Shown here piece after piece: positions 1-9,663 of a DNA stretch of 64,000 bases (position 1 is its first letter; each line of letters begins with the position of its first letter). Position numbers and translations under genes: made by a program. Origin of the DNA: a bacterium (GTDB taxonomy: Bacteria; UBP6; UBA1177); assembly GCA_017961325.1 (NCBI GenBank), contig JAGCXM010000005.1, forward strand, positions 16,052 to 80,051, read 5' to 3'. A model generated the notes under the pieces. The model did not search any database and was not told where the DNA came from. It saw only the letters and a program-made list of their open reading frames with translations.

Positions 1-1459
1 CAAGAAACTCACCCAGAACCTAATGTTCAATCTTCATGAGATTAGCGATGATTACAATGTGTTGGTGGCATTTGAAACCATGAATAACCGTGGTAAGAAG
101 CTGACGAATCTCGAGTTATTAAAGAACAGGTTAATCTATCTGACCACATTGTATGATAGTGATGTTTTTGACGAGATTGAGAAATCTTCTCTTCGCAAGA
201 AAATAAACGATGCTTGGAAAGAAGTTTATTATCGGCTCGGAAGGAATAAGACTATTCCGCTTTCTGATGATGATTTCCTGCGTGCACATTGGATTATATA
301 TTTCAGCTATTCCCGTAAACGTGGTGATGACTACATCAATTTTTTGCTGAACAAGTTCTCGCCCAAATGCATATTTGAAAAGAGACCGGTTTTGGTCGAG
401 TCCGAAGTCGAACCAGCAATTATAGATGACATTGCTGATGCCGAGGATTCCGAGGTCGCTGAAATGGAGGAGATGGAGACCATGGAAGTTTCCAAACTTC
501 AACCACAGGACATTGAGAATTATATCAACAGTCTCAAAGATATGGCTAAATATTGGTATGACACATTTTTTCCGTCTGAAAGCGCAAATCTAACGACAGA
601 TGAGAAAAAATACGTTGATAGTCTTAACCGTATCGGAATTGGTTACTTTAGACCGCTTGTTGCTGTAGTCATCAGTCGGCAGGATATTCTACCGGAAAGT
701 AGAGTGAAAATCTTTAAAGCTATCGAGCGTTTCATCTTTATTTCATTCCGTTTGGGCAACTTCAACGCCTCTTATAAAAGCAGCGATTTTTACCGAACTA
801 CTCGGCTGTTTTATTCAAAAGAAAAAGATATAGATGAACTCTGCAATGAAATTGATAACGGAATCATGAAATACCTTGAGGAGGCCAAGAACAACTTTGT
901 TATCAGAATCGGAAAATGTTTTTCCGTAGGCAAAGGGAGCGGCTATTACAACTGGAGTAGTCTAAGATACTTCTTCTATGAGTATGAGACATGGTTGGCG
1001 GAGAAACATAATATTGATCGCTTCTGCAGATGGTCAATGTTCACAAAATCCGAGAAAGATAAGGTTTCTATAGAGCATATTCTTCCGCAGACTTTGACAG
1101 ATTATTGGCGTAATATGTTTCGGCAATTTAGTGATTCTGAAATCAAGATGCTTTCTGGAGCCATTGGAAACCTTCTGCCATTGTCTAAGAGCATAAACTC
1201 TGCGTTGCAGAATGATAGTTTTGAGGACAAAAAACATTCTAAGACCTCAGGCCGACGTGGTTATGAAAATGGTTCTCATTCAGAGATAGAGGTATCCAAG
1301 CTGCAGGATTGGACTGCATCGGAGATATACAATCGAAGTGAAAGCCTCCTAAAGTTCATGCAGAAGCGTTGGAATTTTGAGTTTACTGAAGAACAAATGA
1401 CAAAGTTAATTGGTCTCTCTTTCGTCAAAAACAACTCTGCAATTTCTGAAAACAAATAG
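1..1459 (+). CDS. GmrSD-type (DUF262 + DUF1524 HNH) modification-dependent restriction endonuclease, 5'-truncated by window edge
   Basis: Frame is open from position 2. DUF262 motif AFETMNNRGKKLTNLELLKN; C-terminal HNH-like motifs SIEHILPQ and IGNLLPLSKSINSALQN. Confidence 0.88.
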   Translation, partial: KKLTQNLMFNLHEISDDYNVLVAFETMNNRGKKLTNLELLKNRLIYLTTLYDSDVFDEIEKSSLRKKINDAWKEVYYRLGRNKTIPLSDDDFLRAHWIIYFSYSRKRGDDYINFLLNKFSPKCIFEKRPVLVESEVEPAIIDDIADAEDSEVAEMEEMETMEVSKLQPQDIENYINSLKDMAKYWYDTFFPSESANLTTDEKKYVDSLNRIGIGYFRPLVAVVISRQDILPESRVKIFKAIERFIFISFRLGNFNASYKSSDFYRTTRLFYSKEKDIDELCNEIDNGIMKYLEEAKNNFVIRIGKCFSVGKGSGYYNWSSLRYFFYEYETWLAEKHNIDRFCRWSMFTKSEKDKVSIEHILPQTLTDYWRNMFRQFSDSEIKMLSGAIGNLLPLSKSINSALQNDSFEDKKHSKTSGRRGYENGSHSEIEVSKLQDWTASEIYNRSESLLKFMQKRWNFEFTEEQMTKLIGLSFVKNNSAISENK

Positions 1460-1562
1460 GCTGATAAAACAAGATTTTTTCCTCACTTGCTTGCCTGTAG
1501 AAAGAACAGCTATATACGGCATCTATTTCAACATATCGCTCTAAATTGAAATAAAACTCTAA

Positions 1563-1885
1563 ATTCCGGCGCGCAAAATGGCTGAAAACGGCGTAACGGT
1601 AGCTCTTGCGACCGACATGAACCCCGGAAGCTGCATGTGCGATTTTTGCCGCTAGCGGCAAGTCTGGGTGCTACTCAGCTCAAACTCAGCGTTGAAGAAT
1701 CGCTCAAAGGGATCACCATAAACGGTGCGAGATCGCTCAGAAGAGACAAAACCAAAGGTTCCATCGAAGCAGGCAAGGACGCAGATCTCGTCATCATGGA
1801 TTCGCCGAGCGTCGCATATCCGATATACCACTTCGCACACAACCACTGCGAAAAGGTTTTCGTCAAAGGAAAACGGATCCTCTGA
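1563..1885 (+). pseudogene. hutI: 3' remnant of imidazolonepropionase (HutI), frameshifted
   Basis: From 1563 reads IPARKMAENGVTVALATDMNPGSCMCDF, then shifts frame in the T5 run at 1643-1647 to LPLAASLG...TINGARSL...GSIEAGKDADLVI...VFVKG. In-frame TAA at 1560-1562; no N-terminal part present. Confidence 0.85.
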
Positions 1886-1973
1886 GATTTTTCTGTGCAT
1901 TTTCTAGTCATTTTTTGATTTTTTTTGGTTTTTCCCCTAAAATTACAAGCTTTTTTGATTTTTTGGAGGTGAC

Positions 1974-3584
1974 ATGATGAAAAAACTTTGCTTAATCTGC
2001 ATTATCTTTTCCATTTTTGTTTTTACAGGATGCGGTTCGGAAAAAAGGGCTGAAGATGAAAAACCTGACACTGCCGATTCATCATCAGACAAACCAGACA
2101 CAGATTCGAGTGATTCAGGGTCCACAGGCAAACCAGATACCGGAGATACTTCCGATACTACCGACCCCGCTGATACAACTGACACTGCTCCGGGCAGCAA
2201 TGCTTTTGATTTCAACAAGTCGTGCGAAGCTTCAGGCGGAACACCGACGGACGGCGTCTGTGTATGCAGCAAAACGATATGCGATGTCGGCGTTGTCTGC
2301 AACTTTGAAACAAAACAGTGCGCAAACGCAGGCGAAGCAGGCAGTGACTGCACGGTTGACACTCCTTCGACATGCACAAACTCAGGAATAGGAATCGGCA
2401 TCGTCAAAGAGTGCCAGAACGGTCACAAAGTCAATGTCAGCTGTCAGACGGTCTCATGCAGCGAAGCCGGCGACTCATGCGGCGAATGTCTGAATTCTCA
2501 GGGAACGACCTGCTCGAACAACCCGTCTTTCATCGGAGAAACAACTGAATGCAAAAACGGCAAAATAGTCAAAAAATCGTGTTCCGCATCGTGCAATCAG
2601 GGTGAATGCGGAAAATGCAAAAACTACGAGCAGTTCTGCGAGAACAAGCTCAGCGATAAAGGCGAAGAGATAGGCAGGATCCTTGAATGTCAGGAAGGAA
2701 AATCCGGCAAGCAGATTGCCGACTGCGTCAATGTTTCCTGCAGAACCGACCTTCCTGCATGCGGAGAATGTGTAAACGGCACAACCAAATGTTCCGAGGA
2801 CAACAACAATAACGCAATCATGTGGCGCTGCGTCGACGGCAAGTGGAAACGCTTAGTGAATAAATACGATCCGCTCGACATAGAAAACTTCAAGTGTCCC
2901 GCAGAATGCCGCATAGATGCACTTCCTGAACATAAAGACATAGGATGCAGAGAAAAAATCAGACTAGATCCTGATTTATGCCTGAGCTGTGATCCGTGCG
3001 TGGGAGTAGGCGATGATGATGATATTGAACATCCTGAGACTTGGAGTGATTACAATCCGTGCCACAGCAACGAGAGATGCGCACAGATTCTTGCTGAAGA
3101 AGACCCCGATTATCCGCCTTTCCGCGATTACGATACTTCTCTCAAGCTGATAGAACGCAACGCTTATACCAAAGCTGCAAATACCATGAAAGAAGTTTTC
3201 GGCTACAACTTCAATAATCATGAGTCAGTTTCAGACCCTTCGGATAGAGAGGAAAATTTCAAACTTGATCTTACAAACGGAAGGGCACATGTTTCGTGCA
3301 ATGCTGACAAAACTTATTACGGTGTCTGCCACAATTCGCTTCAGATCTGCATCAATGAACATTATCATACAATGGGCTACATTGTTCAGTGTGCAAACGG
3401 TGCACTGACCGACTACGACGGCAACGGCGACGGCATCGCATGTCACTGTGAAAATCTCGGCAACTCAAATGCATACGGCTGCTGCTATACACGGAGCAAC
3501 TGTTTCAAAAACACTTCGATTTTCACTGGTGAAGAATTGTGCAAAAAACCGAAAAAAGAGGATGATGGCAATTACGGTGATTGA
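1974..3584 (+). CDS. Cys-rich surface lipoprotein with D/T/S-rich stalk
   Basis: GGAGGT RBS; signal peptide with lipobox FTGC; D/T/S/P low-complexity linker; repeated SC-x(4-6)-CGEC-x-N-like modules. Confidence 0.85.
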   Translation: MMKKLCLICIIFSIFVFTGCGSEKRAEDEKPDTADSSSDKPDTDSSDSGSTGKPDTGDTSDTTDPADTTDTAPGSNAFDFNKSCEASGGTPTDGVCVCSKTICDVGVVCNFETKQCANAGEAGSDCTVDTPSTCTNSGIGIGIVKECQNGHKVNVSCQTVSCSEAGDSCGECLNSQGTTCSNNPSFIGETTECKNGKIVKKSCSASCNQGECGKCKNYEQFCENKLSDKGEEIGRILECQEGKSGKQIADCVNVSCRTDLPACGECVNGTTKCSEDNNNNAIMWRCVDGKWKRLVNKYDPLDIENFKCPAECRIDALPEHKDIGCREKIRLDPDLCLSCDPCVGVGDDDDIEHPETWSDYNPCHSNERCAQILAEEDPDYPPFRDYDTSLKLIERNAYTKAANTMKEVFGYNFNNHESVSDPSDREENFKLDLTNGRAHVSCNADKTYYGVCHNSLQICINEHYHTMGYIVQCANGALTDYDGNGDGIACHCENLGNSNAYGCCYTRSNCFKNTSIFTGEELCKKPKKEDDGNYGD

Positions 3585-3748
3585 CGGAAACAACCGTTTT
3601 TTCACAGAATGAAAACAGATTGGTTTTCCGCGCCGCAAGATACGGCGGAAAACGATCTTAAAGCCGCATCTGTCGATCACCTCGGGGCGATAGGCGATTT
3701 CGGCATAAAAAACTTGCCGAAAACGGATCGTCTGAGGATTATCTCATC

Positions 3749-3776
3749 TTGACATAGTTTTTTTCCGCTTTATCAT
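3749..3776 (+). promoter_or_regulatory. sigma70-like promoter of smpB operon (TTGACA-N16-TATCAT)
   Basis: Consensus -35 and near-consensus -10, 30 nt upstream of the smpB ATG. Confidence 0.6.
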
Positions 3777-3805
3777 ATTTGGTTTTTGATTTTTTGGTAA
3801 CTGAA

Positions 3806-4261
3806 ATGGACAGAATCGTATCGGTCGCAAAAAACAAAAAAGCTTTCAGAGCTTATGAAATCCTTGACAAACTGGAAGCGGGCATCGTTCTGCAGGGAAC
3901 GGAGATAAAATCGATCCGCGACGGCAATATTTCTTTCAGAGACAGCTTCATTGATATCGTAAACGGTGAAATGTGGCTCACGGGCTTTTATATCGCGCCT
4001 TACACCGCCGGAAGCATCTGGAATCACGCTTCCGACAGGCGCAGAAAACTGCTTCTCAACAGAAAAGAAATCAGAAAATGGGATGCTAAAGTGCGTGAAA
4101 AAGGCTTTACGGTAGTTCCGATCGAACTTTACATCAAAAACGGAAAGGCGAAAATACTGATCGGGCTTGCACGCGGCAAGACTTCATTCGACAGAAAGGA
4201 TGATCTGAAAGAACGGGAAATCAGAAAAGACAGCGAAAGATTTACTGAAAAATACAGATGA
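3806..4261 (+). CDS. smpB: SsrA-binding protein SmpB
   Basis: NKKAFRAYEILDKLEAGIVLQGTEIKSIR, RKLLLNRKEI, ARGK...DRKDDLKERE. Confidence 0.97.
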   Translation: MDRIVSVAKNKKAFRAYEILDKLEAGIVLQGTEIKSIRDGNISFRDSFIDIVNGEMWLTGFYIAPYTAGSIWNHASDRRRKLLLNRKEIRKWDAKVREKGFTVVPIELYIKNGKAKILIGLARGKTSFDRKDDLKEREIRKDSERFTEKYR

Positions 4262-4638
4262 ACACGCGTGAAACGGGAAATGAAGCCGAGACTTTCGCAG
4301 CGGACTGGCTTTTTAAAAAAGGCTGGGAAATTCTTGACCGGAATTTCTGCATGAAAGGAGGAGAGCTCGACATAATCGCAAAAAAGGGAGACATTCTCGC
4401 TTTCGTCGAAGTGAGAAGCTGGGAACGCCAGTTCTGGGACGGCGGAACCCCGCTTGAAACGATACACCCTGCAAAGATAAAACATATAATAAAAACAGCA
4501 CTTTATTATATTCAAAGCAGGAAAATCCGGATGCAGGACTTCAACATCCGATTCGATGTTGCAGGACTCATAAAAAAGGATGACGGCACTTTCGATATCA
4601 ACTATGTCGAAGCCGCTTTCGATGCAACGGGGTACTGA
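4258..4638 (+). CDS. yraN: YraN family (UPF0102) endonuclease-like protein
   Basis: G-x-EAETFAADWL, ILDRNF, GGELDIIA, LAFVEVR, IRFDV. Confidence 0.92.
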   Translation: MNTRETGNEAETFAADWLFKKGWEILDRNFCMKGGELDIIAKKGDILAFVEVRSWERQFWDGGTPLETIHPAKIKHIIKTALYYIQSRKIRMQDFNIRFDVAGLIKKDDGTFDINYVEAAFDATGY

Positions 4639-4639
4639 A

Positions 4640-5434
4640 ATGGCGGGAACTCTTTTTGTAACTGCGACTCCTATCGGAAACATGGGTGACATCACGTCCA
4701 GAGCGGTTTCCGTGCTCGAAAGCTGCGACATCGTGCTTGCCGAAGACAGCCGTGTTTCAGGGAATCTACTTAGCCGGCTCGGAATAAAAAAACCGATTTT
4801 TTCATACCACAAATTTACCGAAAAGAAGTTTCTTGAGCAGCATATCGAAGAGCTCAAAAGCGGAAAAAACATAGCTATCATCAGTGATGCCGGAACTCCT
4901 GCTGTGAGTGACCCCGGAAAATTTTTAGTCCGGGCGGCTCTTGACGAAAATATTCCGGTCGTGCCGGTTCCGGGTGCAAGTGCCGCGGTTTCGGCATTTT
5001 CATGCTGCGGAAGTATCGAAAACTCGTTCGTTTTTGCAGGTTTTCTCCCTTCAAAGGGGGCTGAAAGGGTCAGCGAATGCGAAAGATTCCTCTCTTTCGG
5101 ACTTCCTGTCGTTTTTTACGAAGCACCGACAAGAATAAAAGATCTGCTTGAAATGATTAAAGAAAAGTGTTCGAGAATAGTTGTCGGGCGCGAACTTACG
5201 AAGCAGTTCGAAGAAATTTTCGTCTATACCGGCGGTGAAATTAAGGAGAAAGGGGAATTCACGATAGTCGCAGAACCTCTGAAAAAAGAGGAAAAAGTTG
5301 CAGAAATCGATGAAGAACTGATCGATTTGATTGCAAAATCCGGAATTTCGGCTAAAACTGCCTGTGAAATTGCGGCGAAGGTTTATCCCGAGCTGAAGAA
5401 AAACGATTTGAAAAAGTTTTTTATGAATAAGTAA
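4640..5434 (+). CDS. rsmI: 16S rRNA (cytidine1402-2'-O)-methyltransferase
   Basis: LFVTATPIGNMGDITSRA, AEDSR, ISDAGTPAVSDPG, VFYEAPTR, RELTKQFEE, KGEF. Confidence 0.95.
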   Translation: MAGTLFVTATPIGNMGDITSRAVSVLESCDIVLAEDSRVSGNLLSRLGIKKPIFSYHKFTEKKFLEQHIEELKSGKNIAIISDAGTPAVSDPGKFLVRAALDENIPVVPVPGASAAVSAFSCCGSIENSFVFAGFLPSKGAERVSECERFLSFGLPVVFYEAPTRIKDLLEMIKEKCSRIVVGRELTKQFEEIFVYTGGEIKEKGEFTIVAEPLKKEEKVAEIDEELIDLIAKSGISAKTACEIAAKVYPELKKNDLKKFFMNK

Positions 5435-5447
5435 CTTATTGATTTGA

Positions 5448-6476
5448 TTGGAGATTCAATTGGAAGTCGTCCGCAGATTCAGAAATCACTACCTTCTTTA
5501 CTATTACCTGCTTTTCCTCTGCATTTTAGGTTCGTGCAATCTCAAAAATTCACATCAGGACCCGGAAGAGAGGGAAGGAGTCGAGGATATCGACGAAGAT
5601 TACGGCGAAAATGATGAGGATATTGCCGGATTCGATGCGGCAGAAACCGGAAACGACACCGATTTTGACGAAAAAAGCGATATGGAAGACAATGATCATG
5701 GCATTGCTGCAGATGACGATGTTTTTGCAGATGACTATTCCGGAAGGGATTTTCCCGATATGACCGGAACCTGGGTTAATCTTACGATTTTCAAAGGTTC
5801 GGCAAAGGTCCCTCTTCTTGGTTCAACCCTTCCTGCCTGGGCGGTAATGGTTTCAAAAGTCGACATATATTCGCAGGAAAACGGTACTTTGAAAGCGCAC
5901 ACTGAAATGTGCCGCCTTAAAGCTGGAACGGCAACTGATTTGGTTTATCCGTATTTGCCGGACAGCTATGCTGAAAGTCTCGGAAACGTGGATAAAACAT
6001 TTTATCTTTCGTACGGCGGAAACGGTGAAGTCAGATTCCGTCAGGACAAGTTGTGGGAAGTGCGCTCGTGTACGCTTAACGATCCTGAAAACGATTCTCT
6101 TCCGACCGACATCAACGACGAAAGGGTTTTTGATGCCGATAACTCAGGAATGAACGGACTTTATATGGGAATGGTCGGAAAAGCTAGCGGCAGAGCCGAA
6201 ATCGTGCAGAAGGTAAGTACTATACTTGACGGAGAGTTCAACGAAAACGGTGAAATTCACGGTATTACGACATGGTTCGAAGCCCAGAGCGTTCTTTGGA
6301 CAGATACTTTTCTGCTTGAAAACGGTGCACCTACTTCTCCGGCAGGTGCCGATCCGAATGAAAGCGTTTTTATTTTCAAGAGAATAGATTCTTCGTGGGA
6401 CTGCACGGCTGTAAAAGAAAACAGTGCCGCACTTTTCCCCGAACAGGCTGCACTTTATCCGAATGAATTTAAATAG
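5448..6476 (+). CDS. hypothetical lipoprotein with acidic stalk (start may be TTG at 5460)
   Basis: Hydrophobic segment ending LGSC; D/E-rich linker; DPENDSLPTDINDERVFDADNSG motif. Confidence 0.75.
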   Translation: MEIQLEVVRRFRNHYLLYYYLLFLCILGSCNLKNSHQDPEEREGVEDIDEDYGENDEDIAGFDAAETGNDTDFDEKSDMEDNDHGIAADDDVFADDYSGRDFPDMTGTWVNLTIFKGSAKVPLLGSTLPAWAVMVSKVDIYSQENGTLKAHTEMCRLKAGTATDLVYPYLPDSYAESLGNVDKTFYLSYGGNGEVRFRQDKLWEVRSCTLNDPENDSLPTDINDERVFDADNSGMNGLYMGMVGKASGRAEIVQKVSTILDGEFNENGEIHGITTWFEAQSVLWTDTFLLENGAPTSPAGADPNESVFIFKRIDSSWDCTAVKENSAALFPEQAALYPNEFK

Positions 6477-6485
6477 GAGGAAAAA

Positions 6486-7523
6486 ATGAGAGTTCTTATC
6501 ACCGGCGGCGCAGGTTTTTTCGCGCTTCACATGACAAAAAAATGTGTTGAAATGGGTTGTGACGTTACGCTTCTCGACATTGCCGAATACCATGCCGAGG
6601 ATTACGACAAATCGGTCAAACTTGTAAACGGAGACGTCCGCGATGAAAAGAAAATGGACGAACTCATTTCTCAGACAGACTGGGTCATCCACGCTGCGGC
6701 AGCTCTTCCTCTTGCAACGAGAAAGGAGATTTTCTCGACAAATGTTGACGGCAGCAGAAACGTTCTTTCGCTCTGCTACAAGCACAAGATAAAAAGAGTA
6801 GCCGTAATCTCATCTACTGCGGTTTACGGCGTTCCCGACCATCATCCGCTTTTTGAAACGGACAAACTTGAAGGTGTCGGCAACTACGGCGAAAGCAAGG
6901 TCGCACTTGAAGGGATCTGCAACGAATTCCGCGAAAAAGGGCTCTACATTTCGACGATCAGACCAAAAACCTTCATCGGAACTTACCGCCTCGGCGTTTT
7001 CCAGATCCTTTACAACTGGGTCGAGGAAGGACACAAGATCCCGCTCATCGGAAACGGCAAAAACAGATACCAGCTTCTTGAAGTCGACGATCTCTGCGAC
7101 GCGGTTTATCTCGCACTTTCGCACGAAGGCGACGACGCGAACGACATTTTCAACATCGGCGCGGTCAGCACGCTCACCGAAAACGAGTATGTCGGAGCAC
7201 TCTGCGAATATGCGAAAAGCGGTTCAAGAGTAATGCATACTCCGGTCTGGCTTGTAATTCCGGCACTCACGATTTTTGAAAAACTTCATCTTTCGCCGCT
7301 TTACAAGTGGGTCTACGGCACTGCTCACACAGACAGTTTCGTTTCCGTCGACAAGGCCCGTAAAGTTCTCGGCTGGGAACCGAAATACGACGAATCTCAG
7401 GCTCTGATAAGAAGCTATCAGTGGTATATCGACAATAAAGGTTCGATTGCGAAAGGAACCGGAACGACCCACAGAATCGCATGGGCGCAGGGCATTTTAG
7501 CACTTTTCAAAAAATTTCTTTAA
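6486..7523 (+). CDS. NAD-dependent epimerase/dehydratase (extended SDR)
   Basis: ITGGAGF Rossmann motif, SSTAVYG, catalytic YGESK; AGGAGG RBS. Confidence 0.93.
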   Translation: MRVLITGGAGFFALHMTKKCVEMGCDVTLLDIAEYHAEDYDKSVKLVNGDVRDEKKMDELISQTDWVIHAAAALPLATRKEIFSTNVDGSRNVLSLCYKHKIKRVAVISSTAVYGVPDHHPLFETDKLEGVGNYGESKVALEGICNEFREKGLYISTIRPKTFIGTYRLGVFQILYNWVEEGHKIPLIGNGKNRYQLLEVDDLCDAVYLALSHEGDDANDIFNIGAVSTLTENEYVGALCEYAKSGSRVMHTPVWLVIPALTIFEKLHLSPLYKWVYGTAHTDSFVSVDKARKVLGWEPKYDESQALIRSYQWYIDNKGSIAKGTGTTHRIAWAQGILALFKKFL

Positions 7524-7569
7524 TACGAATCAATTAAAAGGTTTTAATAAAATCAGGTGCTTTGTCGGT

Positions 7570-8391
7570 TTAGAGGCTTAAAGACTGTCTCGGTTTGTTA
7601 GGCCGCGGATTGTCATAAGTTGCAGTAAAATCGAAATTGACTTCGACTTCATCGTCGCTGTCGCCTTGCGGAAAAACGGTATCTTCAAGTTTTTCTATGG
7701 TGCAGTTCACAACGTATTTATCCGTGAAAGTATTGTTTCTGAGTTTGATGTCATAGACTTCGCCGTCGGGAGCAATCATGAATTTAAGAGTGAATTTGCC
7801 CTTCATTCTAGGGTTTTTAGCCTTCCGGGACTCGTAGCATTCGCGGAATTTCTTCATCTTTGCCAAAGACGCAATCGTTTTTGAACGCAAATTGTTTTTT
7901 GCAACTTTTGCCTTATTCTGCTTTGTCATTTGTTTCGGTTTGTCCTTGACGACTTTATACGAAAGCCGGTAATCGGCACTTCTAGGATTTCCTGGACGAA
8001 CTCCTATCGACTCGATCTCTTCTCCGACGCATTCTGCAATTTTAAGTGCTTCCTTTGATTGAAGTTCCCCTATCCGGATATCTTCAAAAAAACCGTCGTC
8101 GTCAATTTCAAGTTCAAAATCGATGTCGATGTCTTCCGCTCGGCCGATTTTGACCGTGTTCCGGTAACAGTCGATAAAATCAATGTCGAGAAGCCTCATT
8201 TTGCGAACGACTTCGGAATCTTTCGAATACCCGTAAAGATGAAGCATTTCGCCGCCTTCCATTTCTGCTGAACCGATTTCGGAATTAGTTACTCTTTTTT
8301 CCGATTTTGCCTTTTTGGAAGTGCCGCCGGACGAGCAGGAAAATGAAAAAACGACACAGAAAACTGACAGAACAATCAATAAACGTTTCAT
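7570..8391 (-). CDS. lipoprotein with two AgmX/PglI-type (TonB_C-like) C-terminal domains
   Basis: Lipobox SFSC; FRECYESRKAKNPRMKGKFTLKFMIAPDGEV...VVNCTIEKLEDTVFP, preceded by a similar FIDCYR...IAECV unit. Confidence 0.75.
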   Translation of the reverse strand: MKRLLIVLSVFCVVFSFSCSSGGTSKKAKSEKRVTNSEIGSAEMEGGEMLHLYGYSKDSEVVRKMRLLDIDFIDCYRNTVKIGRAEDIDIDFELEIDDDGFFEDIRIGELQSKEALKIAECVGEEIESIGVRPGNPRSADYRLSYKVVKDKPKQMTKQNKAKVAKNNLRSKTIASLAKMKKFRECYESRKAKNPRMKGKFTLKFMIAPDGEVYDIKLRNNTFTDKYVVNCTIEKLEDTVFPQGDSDDEVEVNFDFTATYDNPRPNKPRQSLSL

Positions 8392-9039
8392 TCAACCTCT
8401 GATTATTTTTACAAGTTCTCCTATAGATTCAAAAACCGGAGCTCCGGTATTTCTTAATATTTCCGCATTGTTATGGCCTCTGGAGACAAGTGCCGCATCG
8501 CAGCACAGAGCTTTTGCAGTTTCATAGTCGTGACAGGTGTCGCCTACAAAGAGAATCTCTCTTTCAGAATATCCCGATTTTTCGAGAATTTTCTTGCAGA
8601 GATGGGTTTTTCCTTCGGCGTAATAGTTTTCAATTCCTTCAATAAAACGGAAATATTGGGAAATCCTCAGCATTTCGACATGTCTGTTCAGCATTTCGTG
8701 TTCCATCGCCGAAAAAATCCCGAGTTCGATTCCGGATTTCCGGAGTTCTTCCAAAGTCGGAACGATATCCGGGAAAAGTTTTACCCTGTCAACGTTGGAA
8801 ATGTACAATTCCCCGAATTCTTTAGTGATTTCTTCCCATTCGTTGCTTACGTCCAAGCCTAACTCCCTGTAAAACGTAGAAACGGGAAATAAAAAATTTT
8901 CCCTGTAATATTCAAGGGTTATCGGTTTAATTCTTCTTTTTTCCAGAACACCGTTTATCGCATTGAGATTAAGCCAGACATCGTCGATCAGAGTGCCGTT
9001 CCAGTCGAAGATGATCATTTTTTTGTTGTCGTAGATCAT
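8392..9039 (-). CDS. HAD family hydrolase (phosphoglycolate phosphatase-like)
   Basis: IIFDWNGTL motif I; VGDTCHD motif IV. Confidence 0.92.
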   Translation of the reverse strand: MIYDNKKMIIFDWNGTLIDDVWLNLNAINGVLEKRRIKPITLEYYRENFLFPVSTFYRELGLDVSNEWEEITKEFGELYISNVDRVKLFPDIVPTLEELRKSGIELGIFSAMEHEMLNRHVEMLRISQYFRFIEGIENYYAEGKTHLCKKILEKSGYSEREILFVGDTCHDYETAKALCCDAALVSRGHNNAEILRNTGAPVFESIGELVKIIRG

Positions 9040-9042
9040 TCT

Positions 9043-9627
9043 TTACTCCACGGCATAGCTTATAAGCTCGGTAGTCGTCTGAGGATAAACCTTGTCTTCG
9101 CGGACGTCTTCAAGAACTGTGACTATTTTGACGATACCGACTTTCAATGCGAAATAATGGTATGTGTGCAGCACTTTTTTATCCGGCAGTTCCACGGACG
9201 AGTGAACTTTTATCGTTCCCTCGAAAGTTCCGGCGGGAACCGTAACGGTCTCGTCGACTCCTTCGGTTTTTCTGATTTCGCGCGTTTTCTGATTTACGAT
9301 CGTAATCCACGATTCCCTTTGGAGCGGGAACATCAAAAGATAACGTTCAGTGTCGCGGATTCCGTGTCTGTCGACCTTGAGTTTGCCGCCCTTGTTGTCA
9401 AGAAACCATTCGCCGTCAGTTCCGACGATGCTGATCTCGTTTTCGCCGCTCTGACCGAAATAGTTGACCTTGTATTTCCAGCTGTTGCCGACGGCAAGCG
9501 GGAAATAGCGCATAGCCGACTCTCTGTAATCGGAAAGATGGTAAGGCTTATCCTTTTTTTTGTCTGCGCTGCACGAAATCTGAACGACCGAAATAAACAC
9601 GATAAAAAGCAAAAGCAGTTTTTTCAT
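9043..9627 (-). CDS. hypothetical lipoprotein
   Basis: GAGG RBS; lipobox QISC; YFPLAVGNSWKY and ETVTVPAGTF motifs typical of beta-rich lipoproteins. Confidence 0.8.
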   Translation of the reverse strand: MKKLLLLFIVFISVVQISCSADKKKDKPYHLSDYRESAMRYFPLAVGNSWKYKVNYFGQSGENEISIVGTDGEWFLDNKGGKLKVDRHGIRDTERYLLMFPLQRESWITIVNQKTREIRKTEGVDETVTVPAGTFEGTIKVHSSVELPDKKVLHTYHYFALKVGIVKIVTVLEDVREDKVYPQTTTELISYAVE

Positions 9628-9663
9628 AACAACCTCTTTAAAGACCCAAATTTTTGACGAAAG

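Noticed and set aside
1637-1885. 82-aa ORF as an intact small amidohydrolase
   Set aside because: It is only the post-frameshift part of the hutI remnant and lacks the N-terminal metal-binding motifs.
3585-3780. Possible tmRNA next to smpB
   Set aside because: Too short, and lacks the GGGG 5' end and the tRNA-like T-arm/CCA 3' end.
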